In this document: in pieces, positions 1-7,248 of the stretch
How the letters are laid out: each line of letters begins with the position of its first letter
How positions within the stretch are numbered: position 1 is the first letter of the stretch
Virus record (IMG/VR): IMGVR_UViG_2547132127_000011
Length of the DNA stretch: 16,794 nucleotides
Direction: 5' to 3' (one strand)
DNA from: a virus
Taxonomy: Duplodnaviria > Heunggongvirae > Uroviricota > Caudoviricetes
The notes under the pieces: generated by a model
Seen by the model: only the letters and a program-made list of their open reading frames with translations
Database searches by the model: none
Told to the model about the DNA's origin: nothing
Program-made: the position numbers and the translations under genes

Positions 1-1230
1 ATGAGCAGAGCACTTAACAAACTGAGCGATACACAGCTGAGGAAAATCAACGGCACACCCGCCCAAAAAACAGCCTTTCTTAATGACGGTGGAAACCTGA
101 GCGTCAGGCATTCAACCAGTGGCCTTTTAACCTGGTATTTCACTTACAGGGCCGGAACGGGAAGGGGGGCACCACCGGAACGCATTAAGCTGGGAAATTA
201 TCCTGATCTGAGCCTGAAATCAGCCAGGGAAAAAGCCGCCCAGTGTCGCGCATGGCTGGCAGAGGGGAAAAATCCACGTCATGAGCTTAATTACACCGTA
301 CAGGAAGCGTTAAAGCCGGTAACGGTTGGCAATGCGCTCACCTACTGGCTTGAGTCGTACGCAAAGGAAAACCGCGTGGATTATGCCGCCCTGAAAAAGC
401 GCCTTAATAATCACGTAATACAGCACATTGGTGCTATGCCGCTGGATAAATGCGAGCTACGGCACTGGCTGGCCTGTTTTGACCAGGTGGCAAAGCGAAC
501 GCCTGTTACTGCCGGATTCTTGCTACAGACGTGCAAACAGGCGCTTAAGTTCTGCCGGAGGCGGCGCTATGCAATCAGCAACGTTCTTGATGATATGAGT
601 GTGGCGGACGTTGGGAAAAAACCGGATATAAGCGAGCGTGTCTTAAGCACCAAAGAACTGGGCGAATTATTGCAGGCACTGGACAAAAAAATATTCTCCC
701 CCTACTACATCGCGTTAATCCGCCTCCTGATTGTGTTCGGATGCCGGACGGTAGAACTGAGGTTATCGGAGATCAGCGAGTGGGATTTTACCGAAATGCT
801 CTGGACCGTGCCGAAAGAACACAGCAAAACGAAGGTGGCAATATTCCGGCCCATACCGGAAGCAATACTGCCGTTCGTCACGCAGCTGGTGGAGCAGAAC
901 AGGCACACGGGCTTATTGCTGGGGGAAGTGAAACAGGAAACAAGCGTGTCGCAGTACGGCAGATTAGCGCACAGGAGGCTAAATCACCCTCACTGGTCAC
1001 TACATGACATCCGGCGCACCTTTACAACGATGCTGAACGATTTAGGCGTGGATCCTCACGTCGTGGAGCAGCTTACAGGCCACCAGATGCCAGGAATGCA
1101 GCGAGTTTATAATCATTCCCGTTATCTGGATGCTAAACGCAATGCGCTGGATATGTGGACGGAGCGGTTAGGGATACTGGCGGGAACACATGAAAACGTA
1201 ACCACGCTACCAGTAGCCAGAAGAAAATAA
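1..1230 (+). CDS. int: Tyrosine recombinase / integrase, P4-like
   Basis: 409-aa ORF with C-terminal catalytic region (HDIRRTFTT...LTGHQ...VYNHSRY) typical of the phage integrase family; N-terminal region resembles P4-type integrases. ORF starts at window position 1, so the true start and the left attachment site lie at or beyond the window edge. Confidence 0.88.
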   Translation: MSRALNKLSDTQLRKINGTPAQKTAFLNDGGNLSVRHSTSGLLTWYFTYRAGTGRGAPPERIKLGNYPDLSLKSAREKAAQCRAWLAEGKNPRHELNYTVQEALKPVTVGNALTYWLESYAKENRVDYAALKKRLNNHVIQHIGAMPLDKCELRHWLACFDQVAKRTPVTAGFLLQTCKQALKFCRRRRYAISNVLDDMSVADVGKKPDISERVLSTKELGELLQALDKKIFSPYYIALIRLLIVFGCRTVELRLSEISEWDFTEMLWTVPKEHSKTKVAIFRPIPEAILPFVTQLVEQNRHTGLLLGEVKQETSVSQYGRLAHRRLNHPHWSLHDIRRTFTTMLNDLGVDPHVVEQLTGHQMPGMQRVYNHSRYLDAKRNALDMWTERLGILAGTHENVTTLPVARRK

Positions 1231-1285
1231 TTTTTTTCGTGTTTTTTCAGTATGCGCATACTGGATATGCGAACAGATACAACGT

Positions 1286-1325
1286 GCAACAATGAGCAAC
1301 AATGCGGAACAACTACGAACAAGAG
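1286..1325. promoter_or_regulatory. Four tandem 10-bp units each with AACAA core (GCAACAATGA GCAACAATGC GGAACAACTA CGAACAAGAG); candidate protein-binding array
   Basis: Read directly: AACAA at 1288, 1298, 1308 and 1318, exactly one helical turn apart. Its reverse complement (TTGTTCGTAG TTGTTCCGCA ...) closely matches the array at 6982..7010. Confidence 0.4.
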
Positions 1326-1419
1326 GTGAAAAAGTGTACAGATTTATAAGTAGCTGATTTTTAATGTGTTACTGATTTTTTATACACTAGCGAATCACTC
1401 TTTAAATAGCGAGAAAAAA

Positions 1420-1451
1420 GGCATGAAACAATATTTCATGCCTTTGTATTA
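1420..1451. terminator. Hairpin GGCATGAAA-caatat-TTTCATGCC flanked by A-run upstream and T-rich tract downstream; candidate bidirectional intrinsic terminator
   Basis: Perfect 9-bp inverted repeat with 6-nt loop followed by TTTGTATT; about 190 bp downstream of the int stop. Confidence 0.45.
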
Positions 1452-1604
1452 ACGTGAATTTAAAGGATTTTATCCTGATTATTCCTCTTTCTGTAAACCA
1501 TACGGCCTCAACATTTGCCAACTCTGAATCATCCTGACACAATCAGACACATCCCAACGCAATAGAACACGAAATAACTCTTTAAGAAACGAAAGGGGGC
1601 AATA

Positions 1605-1793
1605 GTGTTAAGCACTGATCGGTTTATACGTGAAAAAGAATGCGAAAAGCTAACAGGCCTTAGCCGCTCATGCCGCTACCGCCTGGAAAAGGCCGGACAA
1701 TTCCCATCACGTCGTAAACTTGGCGGTCGTTCCGTTGGCTGGTCTTTATCCGAGGTTCTGGCCTGGAAGGATAGCTGCAAGGCAGTTCATTAA
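1605..1793 (+). CDS. alpA: AlpA-family transcriptional regulator (prophage CP4-57 regulatory protein family)
   Basis: 62-aa ORF, GTG start preceded by AGGGGG; motif LTGLSRS..YRL...G.FP....LGGRSVGW..SEV..W is the AlpA helix-turn-helix signature; sits immediately downstream of int as in P4-like elements and PICIs. Confidence 0.8.
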   Translation: MLSTDRFIREKECEKLTGLSRSCRYRLEKAGQFPSRRKLGGRSVGWSLSEVLAWKDSCKAVH

Positions 1794-1937
1794 TCACGCT
1801 GGCGGCACGCAGCCGCCACACATCAATCATCTGAACACAGAGCTATAACCATGAAGATTGAATATACGCCAGAACGTGGGCGGGGATTCGTTCGCCCTGG
1901 TGAAACTGGAAAACCACAAAATTGGGGTTTTTCAGGC

Positions 1938-1965
1938 ATAAAAAAAGCGGCCCCGAAATGGAGCC
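1938..1965 (-). terminator. Candidate intrinsic terminator for leftward transcription
   Basis: On the minus strand: GCGGCTCC-ATTTC-GGGGCCGC stem-loop followed by TTTTTTT. On the plus strand the same hairpin is followed only by CTTTCT. Confidence 0.35.
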
Positions 1966-2296
1966 GCCTTTCTGAACAGATAACCCGCTGCGCCGTTTGT
2001 GTGTGTGATCCCAAACATAAGCACGGGGATGATAGCCGCTATCAGGCTGGTGGGCAATGCAATCAGTCTGGTTCAGTGCGTTGCCATAACTGCGAAGTTC
2101 TCTCCTTTGATGAGTATTCTTTAAGGTACTTCTCAAGGGCAAAAGAACACGGCGCGAATCGTTCTGATTCATGCTCTTTCTTTCTGCGTCGTCTTTTTCG
2201 TGCAGGTGATGTTTTTTCGGTTGATTCTTCGTTGGTCATTGTGTGCGCCTGTAAAGCAATGCGCCGTAGTACCTCACACCACGGCGCTGATAGTTT

Positions 2297-2476
2297 TTAT
2301 CCTTTGGGTTCTATGCCGCGTTGCTGTAATTCTTTGCGGATTATTCGCTTTATCCAGGCAGCAAGAGAATCATCGCCGTCCTGTTGTTGTGCCTTTTCCA
2401 TCTTTTCCCGTAAGTCAGGATCTAAACGGAACTGGAACGGAGGATTACCACGCCTTTCGTTTTTGTGTGTTGACAC
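2297..2476 (-). CDS. Putative ribbon-helix-helix (Arc/MetJ/CopG-like) DNA-binding protein, 59 aa, GTG start
   Basis: Not in the ORF track (below length cutoff). Translation VSTHKNERRGNPPFQFRLDPDLREKMEKAQQQDGDDSLAAWIKRIIRKELQQRGIEPKG shows a beta-strand (PFQFRL) then helix-turn-helix pattern like Arc repressor (PQFNLRWPREVLDLVRKVAEENGRSVNSEIYQRVM). GAGGTG lies 8 nt upstream of the GTG. Confidence 0.45.
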   Translation of the reverse strand: MSTHKNERRGNPPFQFRLDPDLREKMEKAQQQDGDDSLAAWIKRIIRKELQQRGIEPKG

Positions 2477-2499
2477 GTTAATTACACCTCAGGTAATGT
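2470..2499 (+). promoter_or_regulatory. Candidate sigma-70 promoter (TTGACA - 18 bp - TAATGT) for the rightward small-gene/primase operon, overlapping the start of the divergent RHH gene
   Basis: TTGACA at 2470..2475 and TAATGT at 2494..2499; flanked by TGTGT/ACACA dyads (e.g. GTAATGT...ACATTAC 2493..2523) that could be operator sites. Confidence 0.3.
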
Positions 2500-2605
2500 A
2501 TTTATGTGTAGTGACACATTACACACAATCAACACAAAAAGCAAAGCCCCGCACTGTAGGAGCAGTAACGGGGCTTCTAACCAACAACGTAAACTAGGAG
2601 CCGTT

Positions 2606-2806
2606 ATGGTTGCCGTAAATCATATACCACACCTTGTACACACACAAACGGCCTTTGTGTGGCGTTTTCTGGCACTGAGTGCCGGAGAATCCCAAATCAT
2701 CCACGTAACCGCTTGGACGGAACGCGAAGCGCGTAGCCGTTGCCCGTCCGGTTGTGTTGCTGTATTCGCCGCCCGTATTCGTCAGGGGGAAACCTATGCA
2801 CAATAA
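2606..2806 (+). CDS. Hypothetical small protein (66 aa)
   Basis: Internal ATG of track ORF 2504..2806 with AGGAG 5 nt upstream; first gene of a translationally coupled chain ending in the primase. Confidence 0.5.
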   Translation: MVAVNHIPHLVHTQTAFVWRFLALSAGESQIIHVTAWTEREARSRCPSGCVAVFAARIRQGETYAQ

Positions 2807-3017
2807 AACCACACCGAACGCAGCAGCCGCCGCACTCACTACGCTGATGCACGCGCTTATTGATATTGAATGCACGGCAGAGCTTGCGCAGGGAGAAGAA
2901 CAGAAAGACCGGACACAGTTCGCCCTGGAATGTATCCGATACATCGCAACGCGGTCACTGAATGACGCTAAAAATATTCTTGTTGCCGATTGTGAAAATG
3001 GGGGGGGTTATGCGTGA
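2796..3017 (+). CDS. Hypothetical small protein (73 aa)
   Basis: ATG at 2796 preceded by GGGGGA; overlaps the stop of the preceding gene by 11 nt (coupling). Confidence 0.45.
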   Translation: MHNKTTPNAAAAALTTLMHALIDIECTAELAQGEEQKDRTQFALECIRYIATRSLNDAKNILVADCENGGGYA

Positions 3018-3162
3018 TGATCGTTTTAATTCCCTGAAACAGGAATTTTCCGGCGTTCCTGATGATGCGGCTGATGCGCTTTCGTCAATGCCAGAACTTA
3101 TTAGAGCGGCTTTTTTCTTACTTTCCACGAGAGAATATAAATCAACGGGCTTGATGTACTGA
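3010..3162 (+). CDS. Hypothetical small protein (50 aa)
   Basis: ATG at 3010 overlapping the upstream stop (ATGCGTGA), G-rich tract upstream; internal start of track ORF 2962..3162. Confidence 0.4.
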   Translation: MRDDRFNSLKQEFSGVPDDAADALSSMPELIRAAFFLLSTREYKSTGLMY

Positions 3163-3231
3163 ATATCGCCGCCGATTATGCTGATTTCGTGACAGAGGTT
3201 ATTTTAAGAAAAACGACGGACGGGGATTAAT

Positions 3232-3465
3232 ATGCGTGATATTTACCACGAAACAATAGACCGCGCATTTCTTGCACTTTCTCACAGTGAAAACATGCTG
3301 GAAATATTGCGCATATGGCTTGAAACACTTGGCGACAATGAACGCGACAAACAAAAATCAAGAATTGCCACGGCATTAATAACGCTTCTTGAGCCTGTAA
3401 TAATGGAACTGCAAGAAATAGATCTATTGCACGACAGATATAAAGAACAGCACACCGGAGAATAA
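3232..3465 (+). CDS. Hypothetical protein (77 aa)
   Basis: ORF track; same orientation and operon context; acidic/helical composition. Confidence 0.5.
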   Translation: MRDIYHETIDRAFLALSHSENMLEILRIWLETLGDNERDKQKSRIATALITLLEPVIMELQEIDLLHDRYKEQHTGE

Positions 3466-3470
3466 AAATA

Positions 3471-3770
3471 ATGAAACTTAAATATTCTGGCTTAACTGCC
3501 AGTGGCAACACTCACCCTAAATTTACGCGCGGTGATATTTACCGCGACCAGTACGGCGGCATGGTAACGATTAAAGGCGTGGCAGAACGGCGCATCACCT
3601 ACCGCCGTGAAGGTTACGAATATGATTGCGTGATGCCTGTTTATCAATTCCGGCGTGATTTCACGCTGGTACAGGCAGCGCCCCGCAGTAAACCAACCAG
3701 CAGGGAGAAAGCACGCGCCAATATTCAGGAAATAAAAAAGATGCTTAACGTATTCAGGGGTAAAAAATGA
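3471..3770 (+). CDS. Hypothetical protein (99 aa)
   Basis: ORF track; GGAG about 11 nt upstream; stop overlaps the primase start (ATGA). Confidence 0.55.
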   Translation: MKLKYSGLTASGNTHPKFTRGDIYRDQYGGMVTIKGVAERRITYRREGYEYDCVMPVYQFRRDFTLVQAAPRSKPTSREKARANIQEIKKMLNVFRGKK

Positions 3771-5515
3771 AACTGGCACCGAACGTAAAAAAACAGCCAC
3801 GCGGAATAAAACACAAAGACACAGAGGTAATTATCTTTGCGGGTAGTGATGCCTGGTCGCACGCGAAACAATGGCAGGAGCAGGATGGCCCCGCATCCGG
3901 CGATAATGTGCCGCCTGTGTGGTTTGGGCCAAATCAGCTTGCCGAACTTGATGCACTGAAGATTGTTCCGGATGGAAAAAAACGCGTAAGGCTGTACCAG
4001 GCCGGAGAACTGGATTTGGTGGAGACCAAAAAGATTGGTCAGAAGCTGGCGGCGGCAGATATTCAGGACGCAAATTTTTACCCCGAAGGAATGCACGTCC
4101 AGAAGTGTGAAAACTGGCGGCGCTATCTGAATGCTGAGCGTGAAAATATTGCCGCAGGGCTTACCATGCCGGAGCAGAAAAATACGCAACTGGCACAAAT
4201 GGCAGACAGTGAGCGCGCGCAGCTGCTTGCCGAGCGCTTTGATGGCGTTTGTGTGCATCAGGAAAGTGAAATCGTTCACGTATGGCGCGGCGGGGTATGG
4301 TGTCCGGTCAGCACAATGGAACTTAGCCGCGAAATGGTGGCGATCTATTCAGAGCACAGGGCCACTTTCAGCAAGCGCGTAATCAATAACGCCGTGGAAG
4401 CGTTAAAAGTTATTGCCGAACCAATGGGCGAGCCGTCCGGCGATTTGCTGCCGTTCGCCAATGGTGCGCTTGACCTGAAAACGGGGGAATTTTCCCCGCA
4501 CACGCCGGAGAACTGGATCACCACGCACAACGGCATTGAGTACACGCCACCAGCACCAGGGGAGAACATCCGCGATAACGCGCTAAACTTTCATAAATGG
4601 CTTGAGCACGCAGCCGGAAAAGACCAGCGCAAGATGATGCGTATATGTGCCGCGCTGTACATGATTATGGTGAACCGGTACGACTGGCAGATGTTTATTG
4701 AGGCCACCGGAGACGGCGGGAGCGGTAAAAGTACATTCACACACATAGCCAGCCTTCTGGCAGGGAAACAGAACACGGTAAGCGCTGAAATGACATCGCT
4801 TGATGATGCTGGTGGACGTGCGCAGGTTGTCGGGAGTCGTCTTATCGTCCTGGCTGACCAGCCGAAATATACAGGCGAAGGAACGGGCATCAAGAAAATC
4901 ACGGGCGGTGACCCCGTGGAAATTAACCCGAAATACGAAAAGCGTTTCACGGCTGTAATCAGGGCGGTGGTGCTGGCGACCAACAATAACCCGATGATAT
5001 TCACCGAACGGGCCGGAGGTGTGGCACGTCGTCGCGTGATTTTCCGTTTCGACAATATCGTTAGTGAGGCCGAAAAAGACAGGGAGCTACCGGAAAAGAT
5101 TGCGGCTGAAATCCCTGTCATTATCCGCCGATTGCTGGCGAACTTTACCGACTCTGAGAAAGCACGGGCTTTACTACTGGAACAGCGTGACGGTGATGAA
5201 GCTCTGGCAATAAAGCAACAGACGGATCCGGTTATTGAGTTTTGCCAGTTCCTGAATTTTCTGGAGGAAGCACGCGGCCTGATGATGGGCGGCGGTGGCG
5301 ATTCAGTGAAGTACACGACCAGAAACAGCCTTTACCGCGTCTATCTGGCGTTTATGGCGTACGCAGGCAGGAGCAAACCGCTAAACGTAAATGACTTTGG
5401 CAAGGCTATGAAGCCAGCCGCGAAAGTTTACGGACATGAATATATTACGCGGAAAGTTAAGGGAGTAACGCAGACTAACGCAATAACAACAGACGAGTGC
5501 GACGCGTTTTTATAA
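3767..5515 (+). CDS. Replication protein: P4-family primase C-terminal / D5-N / SF3 helicase-type P-loop NTPase (PICI pri-rep-like)
   Basis: 582-aa ORF with Walker A TGDGGSGKST, a Walker B-like hydrophobic run (RLIVLADQP), and downstream KKITGGDPVEINPKYEKRF...RRRVIFRF block characteristic of the phage/plasmid primase P4-family C-terminal domain. Confidence 0.85.
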   Translation: MKLAPNVKKQPRGIKHKDTEVIIFAGSDAWSHAKQWQEQDGPASGDNVPPVWFGPNQLAELDALKIVPDGKKRVRLYQAGELDLVETKKIGQKLAAADIQDANFYPEGMHVQKCENWRRYLNAERENIAAGLTMPEQKNTQLAQMADSERAQLLAERFDGVCVHQESEIVHVWRGGVWCPVSTMELSREMVAIYSEHRATFSKRVINNAVEALKVIAEPMGEPSGDLLPFANGALDLKTGEFSPHTPENWITTHNGIEYTPPAPGENIRDNALNFHKWLEHAAGKDQRKMMRICAALYMIMVNRYDWQMFIEATGDGGSGKSTFTHIASLLAGKQNTVSAEMTSLDDAGGRAQVVGSRLIVLADQPKYTGEGTGIKKITGGDPVEINPKYEKRFTAVIRAVVLATNNNPMIFTERAGGVARRRVIFRFDNIVSEAEKDRELPEKIAAEIPVIIRRLLANFTDSEKARALLLEQRDGDEALAIKQQTDPVIEFCQFLNFLEEARGLMMGGGGDSVKYTTRNSLYRVYLAFMAYAGRSKPLNVNDFGKAMKPAAKVYGHEYITRKVKGVTQTNAITTDECDAFL

Positions 5516-5530
5516 TTTTTTGTAATTGCT

Positions 5531-5756
5531 GTCTACCCTGTCTACCTGAGTAAAGAAAAATACATTTAATTCAGTGCATTAAGTTAGGTAGATAGCCTTT
5601 TTTTACTGTCTACCCACTATCTACCCTCTCTACCTGATTTTACCTGAATCAGACAGGGAGGTAGACACGGGGTAGATAGTGGATAAAAGCACTCTACCCC
5701 GCTGAAAGCAGCGCCATTACTGGCATGAGGGCCACTAAGGTAGATAAGGTAGACAA
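5531..5756. repeat. Iteron cluster: at least 11 copies of GGTAGAYA / TRTCTACC in both orientations; candidate replication origin
   Basis: Read directly: GTCTACC at 5531, 5608; TCTACC at 5541, 5620, 5629, 5693; GGTAGA at 5587, 5660, 5671, 5739, 5748. Lies immediately downstream of the primase/helicase gene, analogous to P4 ori/crr iterons bound by alpha protein. Confidence 0.6.
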
Positions 5757-5803
5757 GGGGAGGCACAACTCAAAACTTTTTAAACGAGGGGGTAAAAATA
5801 AAT

Positions 5804-6082
5804 ATGCACACTTCAGGGAAATTTAATAAATCATTCAAAAAACGCAGAGACAGAACAGAACCGAAATATCGCGCGTTAGACATGACAGAGCACGCTTTAA
5901 AGGTGGCAATCAGAACGATAGACCGCCACGCGGGGGAAGGATACGCGAAAGCACATCCCGAACTGATAAGCGCATTCATGACCACGACGGCGGCAAATTT
6001 TGCCACGCTGACAGAGCGGGAGATTGCCGAAGCGGAACAGGTAACAACAATCAACGTTAAAACCGGAGAGGTGGAATCATGA
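5804..6082 (+). CDS. Hypothetical protein (92 aa)
   Basis: ORF track; GAGGGGG upstream; first gene after the iteron region. Confidence 0.5.
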   Translation: MHTSGKFNKSFKKRRDRTEPKYRALDMTEHALKVAIRTIDRHAGEGYAKAHPELISAFMTTTAANFATLTEREIAEAEQVTTINVKTGEVES

Positions 6083-6384
6083 GCGAACCAAAATTTGGTG
6101 AAAAATTTTACAAGCACAACGGACGGATCACGATTCTGCAAATAAGCGCAGCTACACCAGGCTGGTGGGTTGAAACAGACGAAGGATCCTCACCCGTGGC
6201 ATCATGGGCGCTTTGTGTGCTTAGTTACCCTGACCGCGATGTGTATCAGGATATTCTGCCTGTGATATCCACTGACAAAGGCATGAAACCCGTAGACATC
6301 AAAAAAATGGGGTTTCAGTGCGTAATGCTCACTGAAAAAATGATGGAAGAGATGAAAAAGAACAATGCCGGATCGCTTCACTGA
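6079..6384 (+). CDS. Hypothetical protein (101 aa)
   Basis: ORF track; start overlaps the upstream stop (ATGA coupling). Confidence 0.55.
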   Translation: MSEPKFGEKFYKHNGRITILQISAATPGWWVETDEGSSPVASWALCVLSYPDRDVYQDILPVISTDKGMKPVDIKKMGFQCVMLTEKMMEEMKKNNAGSLH

Positions 6385-6393
6385 GGTGGCAAT

Positions 6394-6555
6394 ATGACAG
6401 CACAAATTGCAGCTTACGGGCGGCTGGTGGGCGACCCGCTGGTAAAACAGAGCAGCAAGGGCACACCGGAGCCGCCAACGGAGAACTACGCAGACCTGAG
6501 AAATGCAGTAAATCGCACTTACGCAGACATGGGGCTGAGCAAATTAGCAGAGTAG
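6394..6555 (+). CDS. Hypothetical small protein (53 aa)
   Basis: Not in ORF track (short). ATG at 6394 with GAGGTG 5 nt upstream; translation MTAQIAAYGRLVGDPLVKQSSKGTPEPPTENYADLRNAVNRTYADMGLSKLAE; followed by the terminator at 6579. Confidence 0.4.
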   Translation: MTAQIAAYGRLVGDPLVKQSSKGTPEPPTENYADLRNAVNRTYADMGLSKLAE

Positions 6556-6578
6556 GAATATCAGAACCACACCACGCA

Positions 6579-6601
6579 GCCGGAGCAATCCGGCTTTTTT
6601 T
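6579..6601 (+). terminator. Intrinsic terminator GCCGGA-GCAA-TCCGGC + T7 (copy 1)
   Basis: Perfect 6-bp stem, tetraloop, run of 7 T; read directly. Confidence 0.65.
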
Positions 6602-6696
6602 GCGTCATTTGAAACGGTATGGAGCACTACTGGCTTTTCGTCACGGCCCGGCATAGTTACTATCTGAAACAAACAGACACAACAGAGGAAAACGCA

Positions 6697-6921
6697 ATGC
6701 CGATGAAATTTGATGAGATACTTAAACAGCGTGATAAATACCATGCTGACAACATGGAGACGATGAATATCACTGATTACCGCGCATTTCTGGAAACGGG
6801 GGCGCTGATTGAAAAGGATCATCATGGTTTTGTTCGTTGCGCGCTATCCGGTGAAATGCTGGCAGTAAATCCTGAACAGACAGATGCATTGATAGAATTT
6901 CTGAAAGGGATCAGAGACTGA
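6697..6921 (+). CDS. Hypothetical protein (74 aa)
   Basis: Internal ATG of track ORF 6619..6921 with GAGGA 7 nt upstream; sits between two copies of the same terminator hairpin. Confidence 0.5.
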   Translation: MPMKFDEILKQRDKYHADNMETMNITDYRAFLETGALIEKDHHGFVRCALSGEMLAVNPEQTDALIEFLKGIRD

Positions 6922-6941
6922 GCACCCATACAGCACATACA

Positions 6942-6962
6942 GCCGGAGCAATCCGGCTTTTT
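6942..6962 (+). terminator. Intrinsic terminator GCCGGA-GCAA-TCCGGC + T5 (copy 2, same 23-bp unit as 6579..6601)
   Basis: Identical stem-loop to copy 1 followed by TTTTTGTTATTTTTT. Confidence 0.65.
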
Positions 6963-6981
6963 GTTATTTTTTGTAAATTAT

Positions 6982-7010
6982 TTGTTCGTGGTTGTTCCAC
7001 GTTGTTCACT
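6982..7010. promoter_or_regulatory. Three 10-bp-phased TTGTTC units (TTGTTCGTGG TTGTTCCACG TTGTTCACTG) about 215 bp upstream of the capsid start
   Basis: Read directly; 15-mer TTGTTCCACGTTGTT (6992..7006) is repeated exactly at 15201..15215; array is the reverse complement of the AACAA array at 1286..1325. Confidence 0.4.
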
Positions 7011-7224
7011 GAGCGGATCGGCATATTTTACCCGAACTGAATCATGATTATTCTCGCCCGTGGTGCCAGGACGCTGGGGCCACTTTCCCGCCTGTTAATG
7101 TGCTCGCCAATATTCATTACCAGGCGGGAAAACGATCGGTGCGATTACTGATTTCCTTATGAAAAACGGTTGAGTGTTTGCCGCGTCCTGGAGTTCCTTA
7201 CTTAACCCCAGGACTTTTTTTATG

Positions 7225-7233
7225 CAGAGAATA
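7225..7233. repeat. IS1 target-site duplication, left copy (CAGAGAATA)
   Basis: Identical 9-mer at 8002..8010 immediately flanking the other IS1 end. Confidence 0.9.
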
Positions 7234-7248
7234 GGTAATGACTCCAAC

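Noticed and set aside
1261-1276. Possible LexA (SOS) box CTGGATATGCGAACAG
   Set aside because: Has the CTG-N10-CAG frame but only about 12 of 16 consensus positions, including a mismatch at the conserved T of CTGT; too weak to call without a matrix score.
1843-2172. Minus-strand 109-aa ORF
   Set aside because: Reads through the minus-strand terminator at 1938..1965 and into the alpA 3-prime flank; no recognisable features; overlaps the alternative in-frame ORF 2063..2239.
1851-2597. Long plus-strand ORF (248 aa) after alpA
   Set aside because: Cys/Ser/Arg-rich low-complexity translation, weak ribosome-binding site, runs through a terminator-like hairpin and lies antisense to a better-supported RHH-type gene; probably an antisense open frame.
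3725-5316. Minus-strand ORFs 3725..4279, 3831..4073, 4345..4569, 4591..5316 and plus-strand 4131..4382
   Set aside because: All are embedded in, and mostly antisense to, the well-supported primase/helicase gene; compositions are not protein-like.
5770-6141. Minus-strand 123-aa ORF overlapping the 5804..6384 genes
   Set aside because: Antisense to two coupled plus-strand genes with good ribosome-binding sites; no start context.
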